A stretch of 24,000 nucleotides of DNA from contig NZ_JYNO01000004.1 of the NCBI RefSeq assembly GCF_000934745.1, positions 262,035 to 286,034 of the forward strand. The letters run 5' to 3'. A program made the translations under genes and the position numbers. Numbering within the stretch: position 1 is the stretch's first letter; the number at the start of each line of letters is the position of its first letter. The notes below the pieces were generated by a model that saw nothing but the letters and a program-made list of their open reading frames with translations, had not been told where the DNA came from and searched no databases. This DNA is from Desulfonatronum thioautotrophicum. Lineage in GTDB: Bacteria; Desulfobacterota; Desulfovibrionia; Desulfovibrionales; Desulfonatronaceae. Positions 23,025 through 24,000 of this stretch are shown piece by piece.

Positions 23025-23807
23025 ATGATCGCAAGCCCTGGAAATGTTGCTGGAATCGACATTGGTTCCCGGTCCATCGAGCTGGTTGTTCTGAGTCATG
23101 CCGGGAGGGTCGAGCATCAGGTCAGGGTTCCGACCACCTTTGATCCCTTGCGCCAATGCCGCGAGATCCTTGAGGGGGTGGCGGTGGAATGGGTCACGGC
23201 CACGGGATATGGCCGCAAGCTGTTCGTGGAGAGCGGTATCGCGGAGGCGTGCGGGGCGATTACCGAGATTCAGGCCTATGCCCTGGGTACGGCGGGATTG
23301 TTCCCCGAGGCGCGCACCGTCCTGGACATTGGCGGCCAGGATACCAAGGTCATTTCCCTCGGATCTGGGGGCCGGGTGCTGAAGTTCGAGATGAACGACC
23401 GCTGTGCCGCGGGAACGGGCAAATTTCTGGAGATCATGGCCACGTCGCTGCAGATCCCCATCGAGGAGTTTGGCGATTTCTCCCTGGGTTCGACGAAGCA
23501 GGTGCGCATCAGCAGCATGTGTACCGTATTTGCCGAGTCCGAGGCCACGTCCCTGATGGGCCGGGGCGAGCGACCGGAAAATATCGCCATGGGCCTGCAT
23601 TTGGCCATCGTGGAGCGCACCATGGCCATGCTCAACCGGGTCGGCCTGGAGCATCCTTTATGCTTTGCCGGAGGCGTGGCCCACAACCGTTGCGTGGTCA
23701 AGCTGCTGCAGGAGCGGATTGAGGAGACGATCATCGTTCCGGAACGACCGGACATGGTCGGCGCACTGGGTGCGGCCATGCACGGCGCACTGCGGCGGAA
23801 TACGTAA
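23025..23807 (+). CDS. HgdC/BcrAD-type ATP-dependent activase (CoA-substrate-specific enzyme activase family)
   Basis: ASKHA-fold motifs GIDIGSRSIE, ATGYGR, EIQAYALG and DIGGQDTK are present. Cluster-bridging region MNDRCAAGTGKFLE. Also SSMCTVFAESEATSL. 260 aa from the ATG at 23025. Confidence 0.9.
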   Translation: MIASPGNVAGIDIGSRSIELVVLSHAGRVEHQVRVPTTFDPLRQCREILEGVAVEWVTATGYGRKLFVESGIAEACGAITEIQAYALGTAGLFPEARTVLDIGGQDTKVISLGSGGRVLKFEMNDRCAAGTGKFLEIMATSLQIPIEEFGDFSLGSTKQVRISSMCTVFAESEATSLMGRGERPENIAMGLHLAIVERTMAMLNRVGLEHPLCFAGGVAHNRCVVKLLQERIEETIIVPERPDMVGALGAAMHGALRRNT

Positions 23808-23810
23808 AAA

Positions 23811-23834
23811 AGGCGCAATGTTGCCATTGCGCCT
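23811..23834. terminator. Bidirectional rho-independent-type terminator hairpin
   Basis: Perfect 10-bp stem AGGCGCAATG / CATTGCGCCT with loop TTGC. It is flanked by AAAAA (5') and CACATTTT (3'). It lies between convergent genes. Confidence 0.7.
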
Positions 23835-23865
23835 CACATTTTCAACGTATTGCCGGACTGTTTCC

Positions 23866-24000
23866 TAGCAGGAGCATCCGCCGCCGCAACCGCCTCCACC
23901 ACCGCCGACCTGCACCTCGGAGCTGACGGAAAATCCGTAGGGCGTCATATCAACCTTGATGGCTCCAGCTTTTTCGCTCAATTCCTTGTCCACGATGAAC
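23866..24000 (-). CDS. Partial CDS (C-terminal 44 aa): possible HesB/IscA-like protein with Gly/Cys-rich tail
   Basis: The reverse-strand translation reads ..FIVDKELSEKAGAIKVDMTPYGFSVSSEVQVGGGGGGCGGGCSC*. The layout is reminiscent of the IscA/HesB C-terminus (F.iD......g..iDy....GF.i......CGCG.SF). The gene is truncated by the window edge. Confidence 0.35.

Overview
High-GC bacterial chromosomal segment. The gene content looks typical of a sulfate-reducing deltaproteobacterium (Desulfovibrio-like), but that taxonomic guess is inference only.

Left third (about 0.1-10.3 kb): a molybdate/tungstate homeostasis island. It holds an XdhC-family Moco chaperone, two TSUP (TauE/SafE) permeases, modB-modA-modC preceded by a small membrane ORF, and a TunR-type regulator. 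The regulator has a XerD-like domain with the catalytic Tyr lost, fused to two Mop/TOBE domains. Three toxin-antitoxin pairs of different families (HepT/MntA, VapBC, BrnTA) and trxC are interleaved with these genes.

Middle (10.4-15.2 kb, minus strand): an orphan AAA-ATPase-like/PD-(D/E)XK protein, then a three-gene operon. The operon encodes a TIM-barrel isomerase-like protein, an ApgM-type metallo-mutase with a repeat insert, and a cytidylyltransferase.

Right part (15.3-23.8 kb, plus strand): two adjacent operons that together look like an undescribed cysteine/persulfide (possibly selenium) relay system.
- Operon 1 encodes a TusA-like protein, a DsrE-like protein, a TusA-OsmC fusion, a MetE-like Zn methyltransferase and a translationally coupled HdrD/GlpC-like Fe-S CCG oxidoreductase. 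The MetE-like gene is interrupted by an in-frame TGA that is followed immediately by a 40-nt SECIS-like hairpin.
- Operon 2 encodes an exported DsrE-like protein, a small exported protein, a four-TM membrane-anchored HgdB/double-cubane-type protein, a second exported DsrE-like protein and an HgdC-type ATP-dependent activase.

No rRNA, tRNA, CRISPR array or transposase was recognised. Several long ORFs antisense to well-supported genes are treated as high-GC artefacts.
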